The position numbers were made by a program, and so were the translations under genes. Below the pieces are notes generated by a model. It was not told the DNA's origin, ran no database searches, and saw only the letters and a program-made list of their open reading frames with translations. A stretch of 63,328 bases of DNA, counting the filler, from Bigelowiella natans CCMP2755 (lineage: Eukaryota > Protista > Cercozoa): NCBI GenBank assembly GCA_000320545.1. It is 4 parts of 4 records of this genome, joined end to end, with 100 filler letters (N's around TTAATTAATTAA, not from the genome) between each part and the next. Parts side by side here need not be neighbours in the genome. Positions count along the whole stretch, not along the records: positions 1 to 22,005 come from ADNK01001209.1; 3 more parts are not named here. One strand, given 5' to 3'. Positions 1-14,081 of the stretch are shown piece by piece; the first letter of the stretch is position 1, and each line of letters opens with the position of its first letter.

Positions 1-372
1 CCACAAGAATTTTCCCAAAGTTGCCCGTAGGACCGGAAGAGGAGGCGGGCTATTTGATTTCCAAAGAAACACCTTTTGTTGTTGTTTTTTTAGAAAATCA
101 AGGGGAAAAAAAAACATGGTTTTTTTTTTATTTCCCCTTCTCCCCCCCCCCCCCCTCCCCCCTTTTTTTTAACCCTTGGGCAAAAACACCTCCCGTGCAA
201 ATAGACAAAAACGTAGTCCCCCTTTTGTTCTAGGTTTTTTCCCCATTTGTGGGGGTTTACACTCCCAGGGTTTTATTTTTAATTCCCCCAGAAGCGGGGG
301 GGGGGGGGGGGGGGGGGCAACGGAGAGATGATAGCAAACGAGAACCAGCGAACGTGAGAACAAGAGAAATAG

Positions 373-418
<46 letters not shown>

Positions 419-551
419 GGGAGTTGACTTGATGATAATGATGATGATGATGATGATGAAGGTGATGACGAAAATGATGATGATGATGATGATGAGATGG
501 AACATCCCTCTTCCACGACGACTGTGTTCTCATTCATAGCGGAAACATTAC

Positions 552-2558
552 CTCCTTCTTAAATGCAGGGTCTGAGAATAGCGCCTTGACAATGTTCTTT
601 GATATACAATAATGCTTATATCACCAATTCGTCAATAAAGGAGCGTTTGCTGTTTACTTTTCTTCTAACCAACAAGAAGACAAACTTGCCGCGTTGTTGC
701 TAGCTAGTCGCCTTAGGAATACGATTATCTGGTATCTTATGAAGTCGCTACCTGTGCGTCATCGAAGTTTCCTTGAAGAGCGATGTTGTGAATGTTCTCG
801 TCTAAGACTGTTACCATCTGATATGATGACATCGTGGAGGCATAATAGGTGAAGGGGGTTACTCTATTATTATTTGTAGTAGTTCCAACGAAGTGTTCTG
901 CTCTCCATGTTTTCTTCTCCATCATCAACTCATTATCATCAACCCATCAGCATTATCATCAATTCACAATCCCCCCCCTCCCCCAAACCTGCATTTCCTG
1001 AATCGGACTGGTCTTCCCATTTGGATATAGGATGAAGCACTCTACCCCCTTCTTCCCTCGAAGACCGTGAATGGCGGAACTGCCAGTATCACCGCTGGTG
1101 GCGCCCAACACAGTCATCAACTCGATTCTGAGCACATCGTCCAACACCACAACAAGCATATAAATAAATAAATAAATATATATATATATAAGCGCACTGT
1201 AATTGACGGATTGGGGTAAAGAGGAAAGAGATATAGCAGTTTGCACTGCCCCCCCCCCCCCCCCCCCCTTTTTTTCATGGGGGTGAATTGACCCGCGCGA
1301 TGCTAGAAAATGCTCAAACAGGTTTCCAAGAAATTGAAGCGCCACGTCCTGAATTGACGATAAGTGGTTGGAGAGGAGGAGGAGGAGGAGGAGGAGGAGG
1401 AGGAGGAGGAGAAGGAAGTAAGACAAAAATCATCGTTGGGAAGCATCACTAATTCGTCGCAAGAACAGATTCTCTAAGGCACATTAAGGGAGAGGGACGA
1501 AACTTCACCGTACCTTGAAAGCGAAAGTGGGGCCGTGGTACAGCTCAAGAATAGAAAGACTCTCGTCGAGTTTGCTGACAACAAGAATAGATAACAATTT
1601 AGCAATGGATGCATTTACTACTGATATCCAAAGTTATGCGTGGATGAACTGTTTTGCTCACGGGAAGTAGAAGAGTCTAGAAACAATAGCAGCATGTTAC
1701 ATCATCGTCATGTGAAACGAGAACATCTTTCAAGACGACGGCAAAACCGTAAATTGGATTCCGATGCAAAAACTGAATTTCAGAGATGTAGTTTCATGAG
1801 ATGTTTTGTATTCTTCGATGTCACTCACGTCACTGGTGTGATCTGTGGCGAGCGAAATTTCGAATAACTACGGTCGATTATATCTTTCAAGTCCTGTATG
1901 CATGGCAGCACATTAGATTGAGTTTTTCCGGATATAGTAGGATTGCTGCACAATCAAACGTGTCATATTTTCCACAAATAGGTGCTTTAAGTTTGGATGT
2001 GGCTTATAACGCGCACACCGTATTCATAAGAAAGTCTCCTTGAGTCTGTACTGTAAAGAAGGGGAGAGGGGTAGTTTCTGCAGGCATTATGTTCATTGTA
2101 GCGCGGACCTTCTCAGCGATCTCCGAGTCGGGAATAAAGTGCTTCATAACTTCGAATGCTAAATCTTGAAAGCTAAGTCCCCTGGTTTAAAAGATTCATC
2201 AAATATGATCAGATGTTCCTTATTCTATGTGTTGTCGTTGCTTTGAGTTGCAAATCTCACGACCTCCACATTTCTGGAGCTCCTTTTGGGAATTGAGGAA
2301 TATGGGTCGGCACCATTAATCCACGATCACTTGCTAGTCCTTGTAGTACGGCGTCTCCGAAGCCCATCTCTTCCATCCCTCCACGAGTGCTCACGTACTT
2401 CGGCGCTGTGTGTTGGAAAAAATAAGGGAACAGGAAGGGGGGGGATTCGAATGCGCTGCTCCTGTCCTCGTCAATGTACGAAAAATCATACCGGTGGAGA
2501 AGCATCGGAGAAGCTGAGTGCGGTTTATCCTCAAGGTTCTTGAAAAACGAGGCAGCAT
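552..2558 (-). CDS. THR4: Threonine synthase (fungal/class II type), multi-exon, 3' part not resolved or running off the left edge
   Basis: Spliced exons read KYVSTRGG..FGDAVLQGLASDRGLMVP, LSILELYHGPTFAFK|DVALQFLGNLFEHFL (PLP lysine motif), VLGATSGDTGSSAIHGLRGK..FILYPNGKTSPIQEMQ|MVTVLDENIHNIALQGNFDDAQ|NIVKALFSD. GT-AG introns. Likely start MLPRFSRTLR at 2558. Confidence 0.93.
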
Positions 2559-2782
2559 GGTCGCAAGGGGGGGGGCCGTTGTGTGGGTGATAAACAGGGA
2601 CACGTGGCTCTTGCACTCCCAGAGATTTACAGAGATTCTGACTTTATCCCAGAGATTCTCAGAAATCATATGGGGTTTAGTACCGGTTTTTCCAGATGTT
2701 TACGGACAATATCGGGGACTTGTTCGGATCCCAAAAAGGCACACATCGGAACGCAAGCCGGATGGCGCCCGAAGCTGGCTGA

Positions 2783-3667
2783 ATGGTGGGAGGATGTGTG
2801 TTTTGCTGATGAGAGGCCAGTATTAAGGGGACTGCAACGTTTCCAGATTTTATGAGCATGGGCCACGATCCGTGTCATTGTCATTTGATAGGGTTTTGAT
2901 GTTGCATGTATTTCGTGTCGGGTCTTTCGTGATGAGGTCATCGCCAAAGCGTTTGAAGTGTGACTCAGCTATCACTCGAGGGTTTCATACGCTTTGTCTA
3001 TTTCTTTTTGGAACTGATTCGAACAGATTGTTGCAATTTGCCATTGCACATCATCATCATCATCATCATTGTCTCTGTGGTGCAACCGTCCATGTGATCA
3101 TCAGTACACGCTACTATCTGGGCTTTATACTTACCTCACCGAAAAGGTGGTGTTTATCGGCGCTACTGACATTCATGACACTGTTGTCTCTGATGATGTG
3201 GAAAACGTTGATGATGACGATGATAGTGGGTTGATGATTAGAACGAGTCCTCAATCTTCATCTTCATCATCAGGTGCAGTACCAAGTACTTTTACTCGGC
3301 CTAGATTATGCTGGGAAGACGGTATTATCAGTTCTACGTGATTCTTCTTTTTCTTCGCTGTAATCTTCTAAAGCCCATTCTGAGACTTATATCCAATGCT
3401 TTCCCCAGACGTTCAAAGAGCAGTGCGAATTCATATACTCAGGTAATGTGAAAAAAATTGACAGTCTCCAGGGAATCGAAGCCAATTCTAATTCACGCCT
3501 GTACGGGGGGTGGGTGATTGTAGGTGGCGGAGACGGTAAAAGCATGCGCAGTCGAATCGAGGAAAAAACTTCTCCGACAGTGGGACTGAACAGTAAGACT
3601 CTCTTCATCATTAAACAACACAAAAACGAAATAATGACTGAAATGATGGTGAAACTCGCGATGAGTA

Positions 3668-3703
<36 letters not shown>

Positions 3704-5431
3704 TTGTGTGTGTGTGTAATTATGTAAGAATGTAATATTTTCATGTAGCTATAAACACCTACGTTTTCTTCATTATTATGACGCTCAGTTGGGAAAATAG
3801 AGACAGGGCGTGTGAAGCTACTGCTATGGGATCTTGGAGGTAGATATCAGCACAGCGTGACGCGTAGCAAATTTATGCAGTTATACCCGAGAAATAGTAA
3901 AATTCTAGGTACGTGAGGATGAGTGTCTAATTGTTATTATTCTGAAACTGCCAGGGCAAGAAGGCTTGAGGCAACTTTGGCACAACTATTTTGCGGAGGT
4001 ATTAGTTCAATTATCCTCCAATGTGATATGTAACGCATGGCGCACACACACACACAACACACGTCATATGCTTTCGATCGTTGAAATCTCTCGAAGTCGG
4101 CTAAAAAGCTGGGTTTTGATTTTTGTTCGTCTACTGACTGCCTGTGCGATTTTAGGCCCATGCCGTCATCTTCATAGTTGACTCGACAGATGTGGAGCGG
4201 TTAAGAGAAGCGAAAGAGATCTTAGGTGCAAGTCAACGATGTGCGATCCGTCTTTTCCCTTGCTGGAGAAATGGAGTGCATGTGCATGTATATATGTATA
4301 CTATGGACGTTTCATATTGCGATAGCATGTCATCGACGTTGCAGAAAGAGAGCGCTCGAAACCGTTTGTATTTTGTGAAAGTACATCAAGCTGATTGAAA
4401 ATCGGATTAAACTTATCATCACCGAAATTGTCTTCTTCTTGGTAGACACTTTGCTGGAGGATCCGAAGCTAAAAGGTGATACGATGACATACCAACTATC
4501 CCCCCCCCCCCCCCGCAAACACACACTACACACCCACAATCATGCATGTCAAAGGCCCGCTCCTTGTAGTATCATTGCCACATATCTCATCTCGTGTTCT
4601 TCGTTTGAAAGGCGCACCGTTCTTGATATTAGCGAACAAGCAGGTGATGCGATGAAAATGATCCCTAGAGATTCCATAGAATTAACGATGATGAAGTCGA
4701 TTCAGCAGTCGAGCTCACAGTTTATAGCTGTAAGCATCAATTTTTTTCCGCCAACAGCTGTACGTGAAAATCCTCATCGGCATTTTCCGATGAAGATGCT
4801 ACTGATTGCACGAGCATTGGTTTTTTTGCGTTTCATTTTTGTATTCTTCTTCGTCTTCTTCTTCGTCTTCTTCTTATTGTTGTTGCTGTTAATGATATTT
4901 TCGTGAAAAGGACGTTCCCGGAGCGCTGGGGGAATCAGCCATCACAAAGGTTTTTGCATGCCAACACAAACGCTTTCTATTTCTCGAAGCTCGCCGCAGC
5001 AAACACATAGCCAAAACAAGAGAGATTGTGACGGTCCTCGAGGGCAGCATTGATGCGCCAAATGCCGTATTACAGCTACAGGCTGAAGATTCACAACACT
5101 ATCATCATTATTATTATTATTACTATTATTATTGTCATCGTCATCACCGTTAATCTTTGATCGATGTACCTCTCCGCGTCACCACGTGCTCAATGAGGGT
5201 GTCCTAGACCAAAGTGCACCGTTATTTGTCGTTTCACGCAGAGGGAGATCAATTCTTATTGACTGATAAATTTTGGTTGAAAACAACGGCGTTTGTGCCT
5301 CGACGACCTACCACCTCGCAGGTGCTGAACATGGAAAGGAGCAGCACGGGAATGCCACAGAAGAACAAGTTGAAGCCGAAAACAGCGATAGCAGATGGAG
5401 AGGTACGAGGATGAAGAGAATGCATGCATGC

Positions 5432-5470
<39 letters not shown>

Positions 5471-6035
5471 AAGATACGTCGACTGTGCTAAAGATATCGT
5501 CGTCAGGGATTCTTTTATTCCGATTACTTTTGCCCTTGACGACTCCGCAGTTGTGTGGTCATTATCACTGACGTGCATGAACGTGTTCTCTTAGAAAAAG
5601 AAGGCCATTAAACCGCTACCCGAGAAGAGGGAAACGAAGATCGATATCGGTAGTGCAAAGGGTGAGCATGGCCCTGTTTGAGCGCCTTTCTTTAGGAATG
5701 GATTTTGTCGTTTGTTCCCGGTGTGAATCTTGGATTTGCGTCCCGGGACATTCAGCATGACTTTGAGCGTTGTTTGTGTTGCTTCACAAATCTCAGCATC
5801 AAACGCCCGGCGAATACAGGGAGTCAGTGCGCTCAAGGGGTCAATATTTAATAAGAGTGTCCGCCTTGACTTCCGCTTTCAGTCGATTCGTGCAGCGTGT
5901 TGTGATAAGGTTGTTTTCCTATATATCTCAGCACAAATGTGAAGCAGGCTATCGACTGGATATTATCCGTGAGTAGTCTTTGACCTGCATCTATAAATAC
6001 ATATATGTGCACGCGTATTTCCACAGATTGCATAA
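2783..6035 (+). CDS. ARFRP1: ARF-related protein 1 (Arf-family small GTPase), multi-exon
   Basis: Exons give M|YTLLSGLYTYLTEK|VQYQVLLLGLDYAGKT|TFKEQ..SPTVGLN|VGKIETGRVKLLLWDLG|GQEGLRQLWHNYFAE|AHAVIFIVDSTDVERLREAKEIL|..APFLILANKQ|DVPGA..IQGVSALKG|TNVKQAIDWILS. The MYTLLSGLY N-terminus is typical of ARFRP1. The start (ATG-only coding exon at 2783) and the last exon are tentative. Confidence 0.88.
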
Positions 6036-7239
6036 ATGGACGTAATTGCATTGAATAAAATGACTTTGCGATGTTGTTCTTTCCCTGAGCAAATACAAAT
6101 TTACTGCTACCGAACATTGTCAAGAGTTATTGTTGCATGGATGATCATATTCGCATCGTATTTCACGCCCCACTGTGCTTCGTAATTGACAATGATTAGG
6201 TGATTCCAACATGCTCCAGAACAAGTCGAATAAAGCTAGAATCTGTGTAGCATACAGATATTTATGTGAATGTATCTGTGCATGAACGCACTGCCCCCTA
6301 GACATCGACTAAGCTCACCCGCCAGCACCACGCTGCATCCTGCCTAAACAGCACTTGAAACCAATCACCTTTGTAATTCAGACTTTCTCTTCTTAAATGA
6401 GTCAATAGAGATTTGATAGAACAAGCTTACACTACTACCATGACGCAATTTGTAGTCGCAGCATTACACACATACAGCCTCATCCCTTTAGCATGGTGAT
6501 CTAGTGATGCATGCTATGCAGTGGCCAAACTGGCGAAGTGTACGTGCCGCGTGCTGAGTCCACTAGCCCATGCGACTGTCAGTCTGTCCACAACGGCCAC
6601 AACGCTAGACAGCCTATTGCCTGGCGTGGACGCGTACTAGTTGCATATGCATCGCAGTACACACATCACGGGCGGCTCATGCACGATGTAGACTGGCGCT
6701 GTAAAGTGTGTTTGTGATTGTGCATCGCACAATAACACCTTCGATCAGACATAGAGTGACAATATAACAATGCAAATTGTGTTCTCTAGCTAGCTAGGCT
6801 GTTTCGAGTATACGAGCGAACGCTTGTGTCAAAATGAGAATGACCCCAGTGAATGTATAAATGGCCTTTTCCGCCGCTGGGGAATTTTCAACGCAAAATA
6901 TAAAAATTTAAAGCAGGCGAATTGTTTGCAGTATAGTCATGCGTGCAACCGCGCGATGCATGTGCTGACTACATAGCTGCTAGCTGAGCTAGTGCATCGC
7001 ATGAGCTGTTTAGCTGGAATCGTATCAATGCAATGTATGTTCACGCACAAGCACCATGGCTATAGCTCTACAGTCTAGAGCTCTAGACCTAGCTAGCCAT
7101 GACTGTCTAGCTAGCTGTGGGAAAATCAAATATGAGCTGATCGACACCTTTCAACACAATGATGCAATATGTTATAGCAGCATGATGTGTTCGCAAACGA
7201 ACCGCCATCAAATCACAATTGCACCGCTGCTATGCATGC

Positions 7240-7300
7240 TGCATTGCACAGCTACATGAGAATGAGCACTGAACAAATTCAATTTGATTGATTACATCCT
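7240..7300 (+). repeat. Dispersed ~60-bp intergenic element, copy A (degenerate)
   Basis: TGCATTGCACAGCTACATGAGAATGAGCACTGAACAAATTCAATTTGATTGATTACATCC aligns by eye with copies B-E. Confidence 0.7.
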
Positions 7301-7764
7301 TCCTACAAATTGTACTCTAATAAACTAGCACCCACGCACGCTAGCACGGAACTGATCGATGTCGACAATAATAAATCGAAGATTTTTGCCAATATAAATA
7401 AAATCACGTAGCAAATCGTACACCAGCACTACGACGTGAGTGTGTTTGCGCTGCCACATAGCGTACGTACAAAAGATTGCGCGTGTGTATGTATGCACAT
7501 GATTTTGGACGACATGTTCATCACAGATATCTAAATAAGCCAACAACCAGTCACAGCTAAACATACCATGTGCGGCGTCTTAAAATGTTGTGTTTGAGAT
7601 TATCGGCTAACAATATTATCGATTTGCGCAACAGCATGCCCAATAGAATAATTCTGAATTCCAATGAAATTACATTTTATTGGTCGATAACCCTTGAAGA
7701 AACATGCCACACGTCGATGATTGCCACTCTATAGCAATACACAAACGTGATATTTGCCGGGAAA

Positions 7765-8588
7765 TTACAGACGACGACCGCGGCGACCTCCTTTCCTTCG
7801 TGTACTGTCGGTAGGGGTTGGAGTAACATCCTCTGCGAAAAAAAAAGGATGAAGTCAAATATCGCAAAAAGGTAAAAACAAATCTTAAAATCTAAGATTC
7901 CAACAATTTCACAAATGTCTGTTCGGTCCCTTAATGATATAATATTACCAATACGTCCTAGGCGCATTCCTGCACGAGCAAGAGCACGGAGAGCAGATTG
8001 TGCACCAGGGCCTGCAGTCTTAGTCTTGTTACCTCCTACAGCTCGAAGCTTGATGTGGAGGGCGTTGATGCCACGGTTCTGATGTGTTATTGGTGGATAT
8101 TTAGGGGGGGGGATACGGGCAGAATACAAAACCTATCTTGGATGAATCTATATTGGATGAATATTGAAGTTCATACTAACCTTGCACATAACAGCAACAT
8201 CCTGAGCGGCAAGCATCGCTGCGTAAGGGGAAGACTCGTCACGGTCTGCTTTGACCTTCATACCTCCAGTCACTTTCGCAATAGTTTCACGGCCGGAGAG
8301 ATCAGTGATGTGCTGAGGGTAATTAGGTAAATGCTGTTAGAATATTTCTACGGTGTTATCGCTTGAATATTTTAATTACCACGAATGTATCATTGAAGGA
8401 TGCGTAGATATGAGCGACACCGAAAACGTGGGTATCGTCACCAACGTTAGCTGGTCCGTACTTAACTGGTGCTCCTTCTTCCTTCTTTCCCTGTGATACA
8501 AACAAGTGCCAATGATGAGTTTACTCCCTTTTAAGAATTCAAGCTCCATCTTTCCTCTCCCCCTCCGCCATTCTATTGGGCTCACCAT
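7765..8588 (-). CDS. RPS14: 40S ribosomal protein S14 (uS11)
   Basis: M|[22 protein letters not shown]|[40 protein letters not shown]..|[41 protein letters not shown]|[25 protein letters not shown]|GTGAG at 8588, with an alternative ATG|GT at 8743. Confidence 0.97.
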
Positions 8589-9283
8589 GGTGCTTGATGA
8601 TTTTTATGAGTGCGGCAAGGAAATATGTACAGAATATGCATAAAACAAGGCCTTTTTTGTACAATTTCTTGCATAGTCCGTCGGCGAATTAACGAATTTC
8701 ACCGCGAGCTGGAGATTACGAATATCGGACAATGCCTGACCATGTTTCTTTCGTAGTATCCTAGTAATCTCGAGAGATACTTGTAGAAGAAACCAAACAA
8801 ACACCGGGACTAACGGAAGATTTAAAGAATCGTTTCGAACACAGGAGAATTTATCGTGAAGTGAGCTTACAGCTTAATGAAAGAGATATCCAGGAGATCT
8901 TCGTTGAAAATCTTAGCATTTTCCACTCTTTGTAGACACAGTCTCAGTCGCTTCCGCATTTCTTTGGATCTCCGCAGATTCAGATTTTATTCTATCCTCG
9001 ATTATTTTTCGCCTGGGTATTCGATCATTAATTATGTGGATTTTTGCAAGAATTTGTATGACGTTCAAAATTTAACGCCTTGGAATATCAAAACAGGAAC
9101 TAAAATTTAGAGCAGTGGAGGAGCGATCCAGGTGATTAATCTCAGAGAGGTGACATTGGTCTATAAGGTGGTCCCATCCCGCAGAAAGCAATCAAGGAGA
9201 GGGATCTGTAGGGAGAATTCCGTGAATATGAGATGAAGTAGGCCCATTTGGTAAATGAAGTAATCCAAACTTATAATTTTCAG

Positions 9284-12200
9284 AACCGACCACCCTTCGA
9301 AGTCATGATCCGCCTACTAGGGCTGGACCAAAACGATAACTACCGAATATTGTATGTTAATATACGGGAAATCGAAACGGAAATACTCAACTTGCAGATG
9401 CGTCTTTCCGAGGATCGTAGGCAGGTAATCCGATCAGTTCTTGCAATATATTGGGGAAAAGTTCATAGCGGTTGTGTATGTTTTACAAATCTTATTCCTC
9501 CTTTACTATTAGCAACAAGAACTGCAGATGGCTATTTCGCAGTGCAAATCTGCCGCCGATCTCGTGGATAGATGGATCATAATCAAGGATGAGCTTAAGA
9601 AAATAGAAGCAGAATTGCCAAATGCGGGCAACGGACTTGCAGTTAAGTTATTTTTTTTGGATAATTCCGTGATAATTGCGGGGTACCTTGAAAAAATGGG
9701 ATTATAGCTAATATCTAAATTTTGGATTATTTTTTTTTTCCAAAGGCTGCCAAGATTAGACAGAAAGCTTTGAAGGATCATGAGAAAGAAGTTGCTGAGG
9801 CCTTGAGACAACATTTTAGTAGGGATAAGTCAGATACATCCAATTGGTTAGATCGCGATCGCGATTCTCTGGTAAGTTTGCAGATTACCATTAACCAGAG
9901 ACAAGGACAGCTTCTAGCCGCTTATGAAACTTGCACTGAACGATGCCGGAAATCGGAGATGATGTTGGTACAGCACCAGAATAGGAGAAACGAGCAAGAT
10001 GGTGCTATTGTAGGGATCGTAGACGCAGCGTACCAGCGGATCTCTGCTACGCTGCATCCTGACCGTGTTCAAAACCCGTCTGACCAAACTCACCGTAGAT
10101 GGAATGAAGTACAGCAAGCTTATAGGATTCTTAGGAATGTGCAGTTGCATCGGAAATTTGTTAGCTCAGATAGTGAAGCGGAATTCTTTAGAGAGATGGC
10201 TAGATTGCAGATTGGGTTTGTGGAGAGCGAGAAGGCAGAATCGCAAGATTCTCAATTGCATAGCTATGCCGCACGTCCAGAACCTCCATCGCAATGCCGT
10301 ATGCCTGTTGTGATAGAAGAGAGTTCGGACTCCACCAGTAGATTAACGACCGTTACCATGGTAATTTATTTTCGTTGGATTTTTCCCTCCAATGCCTAAC
10401 AGCTATTTTTATAATCTTACAGCAATGGCGGTGTGAGAACGGAGAGAAGGGAGTAACGGAATATCAGCTACAGAGTAAAGGGTCGCAAAGCAACGATTTT
10501 GAAGTTGTATATGAGGGGAAAGGATCGGATTGCATTCTAGACTTGCTTCCGGATGAATATGGTGGGTTTTCCTTGTTGTGATATGATGAGCGAGGCATCT
10601 TACAACAGTTTTGCTTGTTTCAGTTTTCCGTGTTAGAGCTCGAAATTCAGCAGGGACTGGTTCATTCAGCCCAGAACTTGTGTACGCGGCTCATGATGCA
10701 CCGGAGAAGAAGAAGAGCATGACAATGCAGAAGATGTATAGAAAAGAGCTCATGGTAAATGAAGCTTGCCGGAATGCAGAACAGCTCCTCGCCAATATCG
10801 TTAAAGATATGATCGAGAATGGATCAAATGCAGCAAAGGTGGAAGAGCTAGCCTCCGCCCTGAATGTGGGTAGGAAAAATAAATTAGATTTAGGGAGTCA
10901 GGAACTGTACAAGAGGGGTACTAATCTGCTGAAGAGCGCTTGGCAGATTCCTGATACCAAAGTTCAGCGCTCTCAGTGGGGAATTAAGTTCAGTTCGCTT
11001 GTTAAAGAATTGCTGTCCCAAAAGTCTTCCGATTCTTTTCAAAAGCTAGTTCGCAGCGAAGTATGGAGTTCATTCGATCAGGAAGTGTTGTGCACCGGTT
11101 TCAACTATCTTGTTATCTTGGCCCTTCGGGCTTTGCGACTGAATTATCCTCCTGTAGTAGTAGACGGAAGCTTACGGGTTCTCCATGCAGCGTTACAAAC
11201 AAAGGCTCAACCGTCCAACCCTTACTGGGTGCGGCGTATTCAAACTTTGTTCGAGCTATTGCGGAAAAAACTACAGCAACAGTGGAATCAAGCTAAATCC
11301 AAGGGCGCCTCTAAGGAAACAACTAGGACCGAAGAACAGAGAAAGATACAGGAAAGACGCCAGGAGGAGCTTGAGAAGAAGAAGGTGAAGGAGAAAAGAG
11401 AAGCCGAGAGACAGGCAGCTCGCTTGAGGGAGCAGAAAAGGAAAGCTCTACACGAAAAGCTATGGCGCCAACAAGTTGCTCAGGGAAAAGTCCAACCAAA
11501 GACTACTAGATCAACTCCTACTAAGCAAACGGTTACAGCCCCTGTAAAACCGGCGCCGAAATTTCGATGCTATCCGAAACATCACCAACAAGGAAAGTTC
11601 CAGCTGTGCAAATTCTGGCTTGTTGGTCAAAGCTGCCGGAAACAACCATGCTGGTTCGCCCATGGAAAAGAGGAGTTGGCAGATTGGTATCGTCAACGTG
11701 AGGACGAGCAAGTGAAGAAAAAGGGCGGGCACAAGAAGCCATCTGATGGATCGTCATCTCCAAGTGAAGCACCTGCTAAAGCTGCCACGGCTTCATCTGA
11801 TGCCTCTGAGAGCCCGCCTAAAGCGAAGGAGACACCCAAGATGCGCCCTACTAAGGCCACACCAGCTCCTGTAGTTAAGTCAGTGTGGCAAAAGAATGCA
11901 GCTAAGAAGACAGTAGAGCAACCCTCGCAATCCACTCAAAAACTGTTGGGAGACATGGATCTGGAAGCCCTTGAAAAAAAAATGTCGGGGATGTGGCAGG
12001 GCAAAAGTACCATGGGGAAAACGAACGTCATGATCTGGCAGAGTTGCAATTTGAATTTCAATCTGCAGCAACGGGGTAAATTCATCGGATCTTGTATTTG
12101 CGTGTGGAACAGGGAGACGTTGTCTTTTAAAATCGAGGGACAGCTGCGTTTTCCGGAGGTGACTCTTGTTCGAAAAGCGGCAGGAAACTCCACAAACCAC

Positions 12201-13175
12201 GAATTCTTTAAAATGCGGATCGAGCAAGTTGGAAACCAGCTTTCCATGTCCGGAGCGAGCAGCCAATCGAGATTAAGTCTAATCAGAACTCCAGCCAAAG
12301 ATAAGAAACCGGGCAAAATGCTTCCTACTCTCCCCAAGAAATCCATAGCAGATCTCTTACCAAGCCCCGCTGCTGATGTGCCTATAGCTACGCAGCGTTC
12401 AGCTTCTGTAGATTCTTTTGCGTATGGTGCAAGTTCTAGACTAGATTCATTCGGTGCTCCAGGTGTTGCGAGCTTACTCGAAGATAGGGGGAAGAGCTCT
12501 CCCGGGCTTTTCAGTTTCGGAATGCTAGGTAGTGCCAAGACCTCTAAGAACAACTCTCCTGCCACCATCGGCCCAGGTGTAGGTCAAACGCCGTCCCCTT
12601 CTAGTGAACAACCGGCTGCAGACGCCAAGGGCCCTTCACCATTGTTGCCACGACCTGTAGGTGGCATTGGAACCATGTTCAATTCGCAGTTTGGCGGTTC
12701 CAAGGTGTGGGGTTCTTTGAATGCCAGCAAATCCCAAGAATACAATAGTAGCGAGACCAAGTTAAAACTTAGCTCGAATCCTATTACTGCAACTTCGACT
12801 ACTAGCCATATTGGAAGCTCGGCCGTTGGCGCAGGAACATCCGGAGCTCCAGGCACCAATAGCTTCTCATCTTACCTACTTCCAAATTCATCGAAGAGTG
12901 TGGGTGGGGGGGGATTTCGCTTCTCATCCGGGATAAGTAATGGTCATGTTGGATTTGGGTCTCTGTTCTCGAGCATGAGCACTTCTTCTTCGACAGACTC
13001 GAAATGGAACATGTCCAATGCTACCAGCCCTGTCCTAGATACGACGAACGCAACTACACCATCGTCAGAAATTAGAAAGCCCTCTGCTGTTGAGCAACTT
13101 AATTCTAGTAGCCAAAAGATGGAGCTTCCTTTAAGGCAAGGAGGCATGAAGACGGGTCAATCCCTTGCGCGGTAA
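9284..13175 (+). CDS. Multidomain protein: J-domain (HPD) + fibronectin type III + CCCH zinc finger + long S/G-rich tail; true start not resolved
   Basis: J-domain AAYQRISATLHPDRV..RWNEVQQAYRILRN. FN3 W..VTEYQLQ..FEVVYEG..LLPDEY|VFRVRARNSAGTGSFS, assembled over short introns. CCCH CKFWLVGQSCRKQPCWFAHGKEEL in the 854-aa terminal ORF. Confidence 0.8.
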
Positions 13176-14081
13176 CGTTTCACTAGATTTGTTATAATGT
13201 ATTTTTTTTGTGTTTGAGTATTTGCCACTCTGTTTCCCAGGCAAGGACTACAAAGCAACTGGCGTTGATGAGATGAATGTCGGTTGGTGTTCCTTCCAAG
13301 TGCCTTTTGAAGCGGTTGAGTAGGCAATAGGTTCTTGAAGGTGCACGTTTCGGAGTAGTGCGGGAAATGCAACATATATGGCGTTATCTCACTACTGGTT
13401 CACATATTTGCAGAATATTTGTGTGTGCACCGGCTACATGATTAAAAAATTAAAGTTACACTAAATTGAGTTCCGTAGCGCTATTGATAGCAAATAGGAT
13501 AAAAGGTTGTCTAGTTGTGCAAACAATTCTCTGTAGTGTGTACAATTTTGTAGCGTTAGTGTTGATTAATAAATAAATAAGTAAGCCACAACTTAGAGTA
13601 ACCTCCTTTTGAGAATGGTGATACGTGCGTGCATGTGCTCATAGTCACAGCCATGCAGCGCACGCGCGTGTGTGGCGTGTCATCATGCATGCTATCACGG
13701 ACAACGTGATGGAAATGTGTACAGTATTATTTACATAAAATTATTGTGTCTCTACTATTATTGCTACTGTGGGAGTGCGTGTGCAACAATGCATGCTGTC
13801 ATACGAAACACGCTCTGCATCTACACGTCTCCATGCGTAGACTGTAGTCTGTGTCTGGTGTGAGAACGTTGCATCTAGCTAGCTAGCCTGCAAAGACACA
13901 TGTGTGCGTCGTGCCCCACGGGAATCTAGGACTGCACACATTCTAGACATGCTGCATAATATTGAGCCATTTGATTGCGATGCATGAAACACATTATCGA
14001 CTAGCGGAGACCAACACATTCAACATTGTTAGCGTTGTAGCCGCTCTAGCGCTGCATCGTTGCACACAGCTAGCTAGCTAG

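Noticed and set aside
1-320. Homopolymer-rich sequence and short ORFs at the window start
   Set aside because: Looks like low-quality read end or intronic low complexity; no coding signal.
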